From Chrysomallon squamiferum (taxonomy: Eukaryota > Animalia > Mollusca): 64,000 nucleotides of DNA. Below are positions 40,561-54,200 of this stretch, one piece after another. The notes under the pieces are model-generated. The model made no database searches, had not been told where the DNA came from, and saw nothing but the letters and a program-made list of their open reading frames with translations. Positions within the stretch are counted from its first letter, which is position 1. Each line of letters starts with the position of its first letter. The stretch is from positions 2,542,001 through 2,606,000 of the forward strand of contig CM022677.1 in NCBI GenBank assembly GCA_012295275.1. The letters are read 5' to 3'. Both the position numbers and the translations under genes were made by a program.

Positions 40561-42299
40561 AATCAGGAAGAATCTCGATATGGAGTCTAATTAAATGTCA
40601 GTTTTAAGTTATTAATCTTGCAAACTCTGATATTAGCAGCATTAAGTAAATAAATAGTGTACATTAACGTGATATTAGCTGTATTAACAAAAAGATTTGT
40701 CTCATTTTTATTATTATTATTATTGTTGTTTTGTTGTTGTTATAGCTAAAAAAACAACAACAGTTAAACAATAAACATAATAAAATACTCATAAAACTAT
40801 GAAACACCACCAACAACAACAACAACAAAAAATGCTTGAATAAGTAAACATTGACTCAAACAATCAATTTATACTCCGATCTACCAACACAGTAAACAGA
40901 TTAATAAACAAGACAGAAACTTTACAAATACAAATAAACAGTGGCAATCAAACGTAAATAAAGAGAAAAGTCTACTGAGGTGTTTACGTAACCGATATAG
41001 AAGAGTTTTAATAAAAAGCTGAGTAACAGAGATGTAAGACATTCCACAGTGAAAAAATAAATCTAGTCTGACGTTGTTAGTCTCTAGGTCAATTAGTCCC
41101 TGGCTACCTAGATACATTCCGCAGAATTAACTCAAAAACAAAATTATAAAACAAAATTAATAACAAAAATATACAAAGCTTTTATAATATTTAAAAAATA
41201 AATCGTTTCGGGTAAAGCATATGTTAGCAAGATAGACCTTAAGTGAAATTTTTTATTTTAGAAGTAAGAAAAAATGTTGTACTACTACTCACTGGGTGTA
41301 TTCATTACTGATTCACAGGAAGTCATTCCATCAACAGCTGAGCAGTATAGACGTATTTTTAAATGTCAGAATATTATGAAATGCTTTGTTGTAAAGCGCT
41401 ATGGTGATTTAAGTTTCTCTGTATTATTACTATTACTTTATTTGCGATGGACTAATAGTTAAACGAGAACGTAATAATGTTTTTAGAACCAGAGTAAGAT
41501 CCAACGTTTACAGAACTATCTTCTTAAAAATGAGTCAGTTCGCTCGAAAAATATCGAAAAATTCTTCTTCTTCGTATTATTATTATTATTTGTTATTGTT
41601 GTTGTTGTTGTTGTTATTGTTATATCTTTTCCTCGCTTGCATAAATAAATAAACAAAAAGAAGAAGTTATTAATAAATTACATTATTAGCTTTCTAAAAT
41701 TTATTTTTATTATTATTATTTATTATTTCTTCATAATGAGTGTATGCGCTATATAGGAACGATATTTCTGTTAGTTAATATGTGCATCAGATATGTTTTA
41801 ATGCTGGCTGCTGCATTATGGACTAAAGACCTAATTACTGAATGTATGGTTGAGGAATGCAGGAACACTGTGTGGATGGATGGGTGTTTGTAAGCATGTG
41901 TGGACAGACTGGTGGATGGAGGAGTAGAGAGATTTCTGATAAATTAATGCTTGAAAGGAGAGATTGAGACATGAAAATATCGGCTAGACAGAAATCAGAT
42001 TGATGTAGGATGAAACACATAAATATCTGGATACATATTTAACAGAGAGACAGAGAGAGAGAGACAGAGACAGAGCCAGAGTATGGACTGTTATAAATCT
42101 ATAGAAACAAGTCAGTATTCCTGTCTCCCTCTCACTATTTTAATTTTTGCTCGTTAATATCAGTAATTACTCTTTAAAAAAAAATAACAAATATTTACCT
42201 TTTGTAAGGTGTAAATAGTCAATAGAAAATAATAAGAAAAAATAAGCAGCATAAAATTTCCTTGCCATACCGGTTTCTATAAATATCCATTTCTATTTT

Positions 42300-44699
42300 T
42301 CTGTTTTTCAATCTCTGTATTCATCCAGCACTGTAATTGTCTTTCTGACTCTCTGTCTGTCTGTTCATCTATTCATCTATTCTTCTCTTTCTGTAAATTT
42401 GTAAATTTGTCAACACTGTGGGTCTGTTCATCAGTCTCTCTGTTAAACTTACAGATATTAAAACCTTCTGTCTGTTTGTCCATATATAATCAATCTAGCT
42501 ATCTGTGTTTGTTTCTATCCATCTCTCTTTCTCTCTCTGAAACTCTCTTTAAACTGTTCTGTATTTGGACATATTTGTCACTCTACTCTGTGTCTCTAAC
42601 TGTCCAAATCAGTTATTCTGTTCATTAATCTTGCTCTTGCTGTATGCATGTTTGTCTGCCTGTTCACTCTGTGTTTCTGTATGTTAGTCTAACCAGTCAG
42701 CCTTATTATAACATCTACAATCCATGTGACCATGTTTTTCACTAGACATCTGTCCACCTGTCTCTTTATCATTCATCATCAGTTCATCTATATAGTGAAT
42801 ATCTATCACTTGTTTTTCTCTCTGCCTTTATCACTTCTATGTCTCTCTTCTTATAAATGTATCATTTTTCTGTCTCTCTACATGCATCCCATGTCACTCT
42901 CTACCTAAATGTTAATTACCTCTCTGTGTCTCTCCACCTATCTCTGTCTCTTGTCCCTTTCTCTACATCTCTATCTCTTGTCTATATCACTCTCTATATA
43001 TCTTCACTTTTTTCTGCCTCTCCACCGTTATTTCTATCACTTGTCTCTGTCTCTGTCTACACCTATATCTCTATCCCATGACTTTATTTATATCTTGATT
43101 ATTTCTCTCTGTCTCTCTAACTATGTCTGTCCCATGTCTCAGCCTTCCTAACTATTATCTTCTCTATCATTTGGCTCTGCTACTCTCTACCTTTACCTAT
43201 ATCACGTCTGTCCCTCTACGTTTCTATCTAACTCTCTAGCTGTATCTCTTATACGTGTCTCCTCTCTAACTACATCTGTCTATCCCATGTATCAGCTTAT
43301 CTATATTTGTCTGTCTCTACTTATTTCTCGATCACTTGTCTCTGTCTCCCTACCTTATAATCTCTGGTATCTTTATCCCATGTCTCTCTTTTATCTACAT
43401 TTCTGTCAGATCTCTCTCTCTCTAGATCATTTGTATTTGTCTCTCCAACTCTGCCCCATGTCTCAGCCTACTATAATCTCCAGCACTTGTCTTTCTGTAC
43501 TTATAGCTCTATCAGTTATGTCTCTTTACCTGTATGTCCATCTCTGCCTATATCGTTATAACTTGTCTGTCTCTCTACCTATATATATACATCATGTCAT
43601 CTCTCTACATGTATCAAGTATCTCTGTGCCTATTTCTCTATCTCTGTCAGTTGTCTACCTATCTGTATTTCTAGTATATATCTATCTAGATATATTTTGA
43701 TTGTTAGTCTCTCTATCTTTATAACTTGACTCTATCACCTGTTTACCGACCCATGTCATATATATTTATCTACATACCTATATATTTGTCTACCTATCTG
43801 TTTATTTACTGTAAAACAAGAAATTAATGGATGAGATAAACTAATGCAAATATATGATTTATGCTACTGGTTCATAATTTGACGATACATCTTTTTTTAA
43901 ATTACCTGGTTAGGAGTATTTTTGATTATGCATATAATTTTGTTATTCCTATAAATATTTAGTACAGCCTGGCATTAAGCTTAAAACTTGCTATGTGTTA
44001 GTAGTTAACACCAGATTCCTCTGAGTAATTTTAACTCACTGAGCTCAATAGTTAAGGGTATATTCAGTACCTATTACAGTCCACTGTTTTGAGTTTGGAA
44101 TAATAGACCAGCTTAGCATTCACATCAATAAGAACAACAACAATCAAACATTTTATTTCAAAAAGCTCATATTACATACTAAGGTCTCTATTGATTTATC
44201 TATATATATTTATCTCCTCTGTCTCTATTTCCCATCTTTTCACTGTCTTTCCCTATATTAAACTGTTTGTATCTGTCTGTTGGCTTACCCATACAACATG
44301 ATTGTATCCATCTATTTACCTATCTACCTAACCTACCCATCTATCTGTCTATCTATCTATCCACCTCTCTTTCAAGTTATCTATCAAACTCTCTAGTTAA
44401 CTCCCTATATAATCCATCAGTCAAACTGTTTTTCACTATCTGTTGATAAATCCATCTTTCTATCTTTCTCTATTTCCCTATCTCTGCACATTTATCCCTG
44501 AATCCACACTGTGATTCATATCCATTCATCCATATATTCCCAATATTTCCATGTATCAATCCTTCCATTTGTTACTCCAAAAGGGTAAGATAACATCCTA
44601 CCATCTGAATCTTCCAGTTTCTCCATTCTTGTCTTTGCTTGTTGGTCCTTCCATCCAAGCTATCTATCCCTGAATCCATACTATGATGCATATCTATCC

Positions 44700-44738
<39 letters not shown>

Positions 44739-45025
44739 TGCACTCACACACACACATGCACATACATTCACAAACACACACACACTCATACACACACAAA
44801 CACACACTCAAACATACACACAAAAACAGTCGTATACATACAACATATACATACACAAAAACACACATTAAACACACACACACACACACACAAATACAAA
44901 CACATACATACACACAAAGACACAAACATATGCAAACACATACACAAATACACACAGACACACATATACATATATATATATATATACACACACATACAAA
45001 CATATACACACACAAACACACATAA
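42300..45025. repeat. Low-complexity pyrimidine-rich (CT/TATC) and (CA) region
   Basis: Degenerate simple repeats that generate spurious Leu/Ser- and His/Thr-rich ORFs. Confidence 0.9.
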
Positions 45026-45041
45026 AATCTGGAAAATTCAC

Positions 45042-47616
45042 TTGCACAGATTAACATAGTTAATTTTGATAATGACTGGCAAACTTTGCTCAGATTTGAC
45101 AGTGAAGTGTAACAAGCCTGTTTGACAGCTGACTGGTTTTCTCTGACCCAGTCTGGAAGATGATCTACTTCCTGTAATGCTAACTCTACATAACTGTGAA
45201 TGGCTTCCTGTGATCCTCCTCACAACAACCACTGGACCAGTCTAAGACAAAACAGCTGCTAAATTATAATATATGCATGTATATAAATAATAATAATAAT
45301 GTAATCAATAGACTTATAACTTTTTACCTTATTTATATACACAGATAATGATGTAAATAAATCAATCAAATTTGAAACATTGAAAACAAAAAGTTAATGA
45401 TAAAAGTTTAAAAATAATTTAAATAATTGTTTATGCCTCAACTGAAATATTTCATAATTAATGGGTAAAACAAATTCTTAAATATCTTTTGTGGATTTCA
45501 TTCATATTTTTTTCAGGAAAAACAAAAAAAGATAAGTGTTATGGGTAACAGATTACTAGTTTGTTTCGGATGAGAAAATCTGCTCTAAAACTGTTAATGT
45601 GAGTCTGACATTTTAGGTAACGTCTGTCATTAGAAAAGTAAAGGTGGAGTTTTTAGGCTTGGCTTTGTAGGTGTTTTTGCAAAAGAAAACCAGATTTTCA
45701 ATCAATGGTGCAATGTTTGGTGTAGGAATTAAATCCTTAACAGCCTAAAACAATAAATTTACTTGTAATCTTTCTATGTTTGTATTTTTATTTATTTATT
45801 TACTTGCATTCAGATACTTCCAAATAAAAATAGGTGATGAAAATTTGTTTCTACAATCTGCATGTCACAGATTATGTTTTGTAAAAATATATTTAGTAAA
45901 AACATTAAACAAATTGTTATTCGTTATATTGTTTAAATCACATGCATACAAAATATTATTAATCATAAAATACGTAATTAAAACAAATAACATGTAATTA
46001 ATAAGTAAACATACAAGTAATATTATATAAAACAAATAACATTTAATTAATAAGTAAACAAACCAGGAATATTATATAAACAAATAACATGAAATTAATA
46101 AGTAAACAAACCAGGAATATGATATAAAACAAATAACATGAAATTAATAAGTAAACAAAACAGGAATATGATATAAAACAAATAACATGAAAATAATAAG
46201 TAAACAAACCAGGAATATTATATAATACAAAATAATTTTACCTAACTCAGAATGTTTTCCTTATCAACCAGTTGCTGTTTGTTCAACCTTTGTCTTAGAT
46301 TATCAATGTTTACTTCACAAACTTTCACCGGAGTTCTCTTCTCTTCACAAGTCTTCTGTACTTTGATGTACTTCCACAGTCCTGAGATAAACAACAACAA
46401 CAACAACAACAACAATAATAATAATAATAAATATAAAGTAATAACAAAAACAATAATAACACCAACAAACTAATTATAATTACAACAGCAACAAGAACTA
46501 TAAGAATAACAATATAAATAATAATAATAGTAATCAGATTATGTGAACTATTTGCTAATATATTAAAAGTCTATTACTACTTCAGGAATCATTTTAATGA
46601 TTAATGCTACTATTGCTATAACACTAATAATAACAATTTACCCCAAAAGAAAAGCAATAATGAGAAAAGTATGAATAATAATAATATATTATAACTGCTG
46701 TCAACAATCATTAATTTTACAGATACTGCAAGAATAATAATAATGACAAAAAGAATTAAATAAAAAATAAAAAAAATAATGAGAAAAGCATTAATAATGA
46801 TACTACTAATACTACTACTACTAATAATAGTAATAATAATAACAATAATAAATAATAAAATAATAAGAATGATAATAACAATAACAGTAATAAAAAATAA
46901 AATACTACTACTTCTACTAATAATACTAACAATAATAAATAATAAAATAATAATAATAATGATAGTAACAATAACAGTAATAAAGAATAAAATAATATTA
47001 ATAATAATTCTAAGAATAATAAGAGAATCAGTAACAACCTCTGCTGTTGTAGAACTGTTGTCATCATCTGAAATGTTGAGTTTTCTTTTGACTCCAGGTG
47101 ATGTTTGTTCTGTCAGTTTTATATCACTTTTAGTCTCTGCCAAATTTATATTCCAAGAAAAATCTAAAAAAAAAAGAAAAATTTACTGACACAACTCTGA
47201 ACACAAGAAAAAAAATATTTATTATAATGTTTAATAACATGAGAAGTGTAACAATCACAATTTGTCTCACCTTGTCTCATCTTATCTGTAGTTTTCTTGC
47301 TCTTTGCTGAGTTTCACAGTTCTGAAATTATAACAAGAATTATACAAAATCTATAACAAAAATAAAAATAGTAACAGTTGCTATTGTAATAATTACATAT
47401 AATAATATTGCTATAAACTGTTTATTTACTGCTAAGACCACTATTATGGGTAATACAACCACACTAATACTACTACTAGCACTACTACTGCTACAACTGT
47501 AGGAACAATAATAATAATTACAATTTACTCAAGAATAAAGAAAAAGAGTTTAAAAATTACCAATATCAACAGTAATTATAATAGTGATAATAATAATAAT
47601 AATAAATAATAATAAC

Positions 47617-47650
<34 letters not shown>

Positions 47651-48296
47651 TATAACAACAGCAATATTAAAATAATAATGATAATAATAATACTGACAAC
47701 AGAATCAGTTACAAACTGTTGATGTAGAACTGTTGTCATCATCTGAAATGTTGAGTTTTCTTTTGACTCCAGGTGATGTTTCTTCTGTCAGTTTTATTTC
47801 ACTTTTATATTTACATTCAAAGATGAATCTAAAAAATAAATATATGAATTTACTTACTGACATGAGAAGTCTCAAATTTATGATTTGAGTTTCAGTTTGG
47901 GAAATATTTGACTTGGGAACCTAAATGTTTTATATCACAGTACAGACTGTTAAAGTTCAGTAGAAATAAATGTGTATTGTCTTTTATTCAAATGTGCGTC
48001 ATTTTACTGGGGTATTTTTATTTGTTTTATTCAGATACTTCAATACTTTAGCAAAGACTGGCTATGTAGAACATTTTAATGACTTGAACAGACTATTTCT
48101 TATAGACGTACACATTATACTGAAATAAACAATTAATTTGAAACTAATGAAATAATTAAGGCTAGCTGAAATATATTTCAGAAACAAACATTATCTGTTA
48201 CATGTAAAAATATGAACTCACTTTCAGAAATTTAGTTTTTCAGTGATTCTATACGTGAAGAAAATTCACTGTGGTAATTCAATTTTGCTTGCATCC
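45042..48296 (-). pseudogene. Series of decayed exons of an unidentified gene, including a tandemly duplicated exon
   Basis: Minus-strand AG/GT-bounded blocks at ~48222-48295, ~47717-47828, ~47272-47322, 47040-47163, ~46243-46382 and ~45042-45241. Two exons encode KLTE[EQ]TSPGVKRKLNISDDDNSST. Stops and frameshifts prevent a continuous ORF. Confidence 0.5.
45979..46230. repeat. ~49-bp tandem repeat (~5 copies)
   Basis: Unit AAACAAATAACATGAAATTAATAAGTAAACAAACCAGGAATATTATATA. Confidence 0.9.
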
Positions 48297-48459
48297 TGAA
48301 AATATATGAAGAGATAACTTTTAAAAGTAAACACAAACACACATCCTCACACACAATGCATATAAACAACAACAAAAAAAGATTATTTATTTCCAGTCTC
48401 TCGCATCTGTCATAGTTGTAAATGTTTTATTTTTTTTTTATTATTATTATTATTTTTTT

Positions 48460-49260
48460 TTTTTTTCAGATCATATTTTCAGACCACCTGGACAGTTCTA
48501 AGCAACTTACTGTAGTGTGAGTTCTAAACTTTGTGATTGGCTAATAATAAGAAAAAAAAAAAAAAAAAAAAACCCAATACATCGATTTATTATTATTTAT
48601 TATTATTATTATTATTGTTATTATTATTATTATTATTATTATTTTTTTTTTTTTTAGTTTTGCATTTACGGATAAATGCGGGATGAATGTCGGTTTTCAC
48701 GGATCTACTGTTTTATTTGATGTTCGATGAATCTTATAGGTGTACTCACATTATCATCCAACAAAAAGTTGCTTAAAGCATTTCACTTTGTGCAGGAAAC
48801 ACGCATTAATATTTATTATTATTTATATTTTTTTTGGTTATATTTAATTATAATTTACATTTCAAAGCCAAGTGATGGCAGCCATCTTATTTCGGAATAA
48901 TAATTATTGATTTATAAATTTATTGATTTATTTATTTAGATTGTTTTTCAAACCAGACTCGATTAATAATAAAATATACTAATTTTGTTTGACAGGTTGC
49001 CTTCTGTCGGTTCATTTATGATTTATTTTTTTAAAGATGTATGTTAAATTGCTCTATACATTATTAAACATATTTAAATGACTTTTTTTAACCATATTAA
49101 AATTTGTAATGGGTGGGTGCCTAAATGTTTTCATATTATTTAACCAAAATTTCTATATAGCTCTGTTAACATTAAAAACAAGTAATGATGAATACAAATT
49201 TAAGAAAAATATGATCAGGTTATTTCTTATGTAGACACTGTAAACTATTAATAAAAGTAT
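48460..49260 (+). pseudogene. Diverged paralogous copy of the 5' part (first coding exon + intron) of the 1.9-31.7 kb gene
   Basis: Collinear shared blocks with ~1850-2815: AAATGCGGGATGA, GATGTTCGA, CATTATCAT, GTGATGGCAGCCATCT, TAATGGGTGGG, AAGAAAAATATGA[C/T]CAGGTTATTTC. The donor is mutated (GTATT to GCATT) and the frame is broken. Confidence 0.85.
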
Positions 49261-49431
49261 TTGTTATAATAATATTTAACACACACACACACACATAAAT
49301 AATTTGTAATCTTAATCACAAAATATATTAATACACTATTGTATGAAACACTAATGGTTGATATTAATTGCTTTATCACACCTATATGTATTACAAAAAT
49401 GTTCAACTCATACAGTATTAACCTGTGAATG

Positions 49432-49542
<111 letters not shown>

Positions 49543-49891
49543 ATTTCCATTCATATAGACGTGATTATTTTAAAATAAAAGAAGCATTATATTTTATGAG
49601 TACTTTCAAATGTTTAACTTTCTTTTTACTAGTTTGGAACAGCCAGCCCTTCTCATTGTGTCACTGTTTCTGTGATGACAGACGTACTAAAAGACATCGG
49701 AGATGGATGTACAGTAGCTATTGTCTGTAGTTTCTTTTGATTGCAGTTTCTATTGTCTGCACTTGGTCAAGTTTCACGGTTAGTTTAATAACACAATTTT
49801 CATAAATAAAATAATGAATCACATGGTAACTTTGAAAAATTTATGAATATTTATAAAATTTATGAATATTAATATCTCGTTAAGAAAGGTG

Positions 49892-49955
<64 letters not shown>

Positions 49956-51299
49956 TTTATATTTCTTAATCAGCAAATTCATATTTCAATATTTTAATAC
50001 AATCTTTTTTGTAGTTGTTGTTTTGGTTTTGAATGTGGTCTGTATAGAAAAGTTATCCTTTTATCTCTTTCATTCTCTGGCCATGTCCTTATCCTTCTCA
50101 TTAACCTCCTTTCTTGTAATTTTAAATATTAGTTGCCTCTTTGTTATTTATTTTTTTTTCTGATATATGTTTGAAAGATGAGTTACGAATAGCTAATTCT
50201 TCATATAATCTATGCCTCATTAAAACATTCTTTGAACAGCGTCATCCCATCAAATTTTTCCATTTCACCTATGAGGATCTCCTATACACACTAGACAGTA
50301 TACAAGAAAACCTTGTAGCCTTTCTCACAGTGGTAAAACTGACAGAGACAGGACAGCTGCTGAATGACCAGGAAGCAGAAAGTTTTGTGAGAGTTTTTAA
50401 TTTATGTTGCAAGTCCAAAATTGTATTAAATTTTTTATTACATGAATTTATGAAATGTATTTTACTGGAAGAACTGTGATTTGTAATATTCAGTTTTAGT
50501 GTTCAGACCTTTATAAATATATTTGTATTACTTAAATGGATGATTTCAGGCTTTAATAGATCCATATATACTGGTCAGTATTTCATATTACCAATAAAAA
50601 AGTTAATATTAAAGGATCTTTAAATGAATGCATCTTAGTTAAATTTTATGAAGATTTATTTCATCAGACTGCTTACATTTCAGGGTCATTATTTTTATTA
50701 ATTCAGCATCTCACTGTGGTACCGGGAGGTCAAGTGTCACAAAATACCAAGTACCCATTAGCAACACAACACAAAACATAGATTTCACAAAACTGAGTCA
50801 CAATTCACCAGTAATCCAGAACTAAATAAATGAAACTCAACTCATTAAGGATTCACTTAACTCATTTTGTTAAATTTATAGTGATGGATAGACTGGCTCA
50901 GTGGTTAGAGTTCTTGGTAAAGGTATTTTGGGTTCTAGGATTAAAATTATTAAACAATCTAGCTGATGATCAATATATCTCATATATCTAAGATGATCTA
51001 AGATAACTAAGGTATATGTTCGTTGTTTTTTCTGTGGAAATATGTACATTAGAAAAAGGTTTATAGTTGCCTATTTAAAAGGGTGTCACTTAAAAATAGT
51101 AAAAAAAAACATGCTGTGTATGTTCTTAAATAAAATATGTTTTCTTTATTTTAGATTTGGTGTATTTTAGCAATTAGTGTTTATTAAATCAACAAATACA
51201 TTGCTGTACTCTGTCAGACCAGTTGAGTTAATATTTAGTTAAGATGCTCTAAAGTATCTGTTTACAGTGTAAATATACTGTACGTGGAGCAAATATTTT

Positions 51300-54200
51300 T
51301 GACAATACTGATTCAGAAGATGTACAATCTTTGATCCAGGACTAATTTACTTATTCTTCTGTTATTGAAGTGATAAATGACACTGGTGATATTACAGAAA
51401 ACGACGAACATTCAGCCGATGACACTGATTCTGAATTAAATTTTGCTTGCTGTGGATCGATCACTTCTGAAGATGAAAGTAGCGACAGACCTCTGATTGA
51501 AACAGAATTCATTTTAACACTTGAACCAGACATTAATCAGTCATGTGATGTGATTGCTGATAAGGAAAACGGAAAAGTTGTACAATTTGACTGTAATTGC
51601 AAAATTAAAACTGCCGGAGAAGGACAAAGTGTAAAACATGGATGCATTTCTCAGTTTTCCTGAGATGAAGTGCTGGAACAGAGAATGAATATGACAGAAA
51701 CCAGTGAAGATAAGAATGCATAGTTTGTAATATTTATAGATAAAGGGACTATCCTCAGTTTGTAGTCATTTTAATGTTTTCAAAAATGATTAAAATAACA
51801 GTTGATTTGGATTTTTCTCCTTTTTTTTGACTTATAAGTTATATAATAATATTAATCAATAGTAGCCGAGTATAGATATTTAACATTAAATATATTTTTG
51901 ATTACCTTAATGTTTTGTATTAATTTTAGCCATAAAATAATTTTGTATATAATATCAACATTTTCTTAAAACTCCAAAATTTATGAACTTTGAAACAATT
52001 TAGCAATATAAATTATAATGTTTAAATATTAAGTAGGATGTTCTTTAAACAGAAGAGGATGTTCATTGGGAGGAGTTGATGGAGGCAACTTAACCATTAG
52101 ATTATATCACAATACTTAGCTTGCATAACTCTGTGTTACTGTGAACATATAATATATTAAGTTATTATTGAATAATATAAAAATGTTTTTTAAACAACAG
52201 GTAACTCACTAAACTTTAATATAATTTTAAAAATATTTTATTTTGTGTTTTGCAGTGGGAAAATACATGATTCTACTTGGAGTACTGTCAAGTACTATGA
52301 ATAATGGAGAGATGACATGTTTAAAACCCTGCTGACAAACAGAACATAAACTCCAGAGATGCTGCTACATGATAGATTCTAAAACTGAAGAGAAACCTTC
52401 AAATTCATTGATGGGTAAGTGTGCGTTTTAATCCATTGATCATGAGTAGTTGTGTTCTGCTGGAGTTGATACTAAATTGCTAAATATTACTGTTTAGAAT
52501 ACATGATTAATTAAGAACTGAATAGTAAAATGGAAGTATTCTTTTAAGTTGTTATTTTACATTTTTTTCAGTCATCCAGTTCAGTTAATATATTGTATTT
52601 TTTTTATTACTGAGGAGTGGGGGTTCTAAATTATTTCCCCACATTGTATTTTTAGACTAGATATACCAAAGATATTTGATTAGTATACCAATGATTAAAT
52701 ATAAGTGTTGCTACAAAGAACAATCACAAAAATTATTTTTTAATGTCTTTATTACAGCGTCAGAATAAACTAACAGCTTTGCTGAAGCACTATGTCAGCA
52801 TGGAGTAACTCCAAGTCAGAAAAAATGCAGTGAGAGAAAATTTAATCCAGTGTACTCAGTTCTGATGATACAGAGAGGTTGTCCAGTTTCTGCAGCATTT
52901 TGTGGAGGACCATGCACTCATCTTATCTGGCCAAGTACCAGGATTCAAGAGAAGTGATGTCAACATACTCCACACATCTGAGACGAAGGCTTCACTTTGA
53001 GTCATTACAGACAACTTGCTATTGCACAAGGTAAGTTGATTGTGACTTCACACAAAAGATTCTTCACCAGCACGTGCACAACCAAATAAATTATAACTAT
53101 TGATAAAGCTACTTTTTTTTTTACTAACTGTTCATTAATATTTGTTCCTCTCCTTGGTCCTTAGAACATTCTTTTTATTATGCAAAATATGACCATACTG
53201 CCACTGGGTCATGTTTTAATGAATTTGTTTTATTTTTAATACTACATAGTTATTTGAATGTATAGATTGGTATATTTGTGGGTTTTATATATACCTGTTT
53301 AAGGATGTATAGATATTTTGATTTATATATAGATGAATATACATGTCGATATACGTACATAATTTAATATGTATACATGTTTGTTGTAAAGCAAAGATTA
53401 AACACCCCAACCTTTACTTCACTTCTGTATCTGGAGATAAATTAAAACAGACATTAAATTATACTTTATAGGAAAGGTGCTTCAAACAGTACACTAATTC
53501 AAATAATCGTGCATACATTTATATTTTTACTTAATTTTTAAGTTTTAAAGTTATTGATATTGTCACTCTTGATATGGGTCATTCCGTGTCAAACCACCCA
53601 AAAAAAAAAAAAATTTAAACCCGACCGTCTCAGATTTTTATGAAACTTGGTATACTTGTTGACTGGGATCCCACAGCACCAACTCTGAAATTTTAGCTCA
53701 ATCAGACCAGTGGTGTGGGAGATATGGCCCACCGAATTTTGAGATTTTTGGCAAAAATGGGTGTGACCACCAACCTTAGAACCCTCATATCTCAGGAACT
53801 ACTGGGCAACTCTTCATAAAATTGGTATTGTTAGAAAGGCAAAATGACAAGGATTCCAAATCTGCCATTTTTGTTTAGTTTGGAAAATACTGGAGTACCT
53901 TGACCTTTTGACCTTTGCTATGACCTTGAAATTGACCAATGTGGATCACGTGATCTTGAGATGACCTTTATTGAAATTTAATCTCACACGTTAACTAAAA
54001 CATATAAAAGTTTCCTGGGTGTAATATTTTTTGTTTAGCCACAATATAGATTTAAAAAATGCACATACATGCAAATAACACTTTTTCAGCCATTAACATC
54101 TGATTAACTAAAACCTGAATGATCAATTCTGGATGCTAGGAATCACCATCTTTCTTGATTGATGAAGGTCTGAGTGGTAGCAAGGTAATTTCTTTACTAC

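Noticed and set aside
42400-47189. Numerous hydrophobic or low-complexity ORFs (also at 16.4-18.7, 22.8-23.2, 29.4-29.8, 49.4-50.1 and 61.9-62.5 kb)
   Set aside because: Derived from microsatellites; no domain signal.
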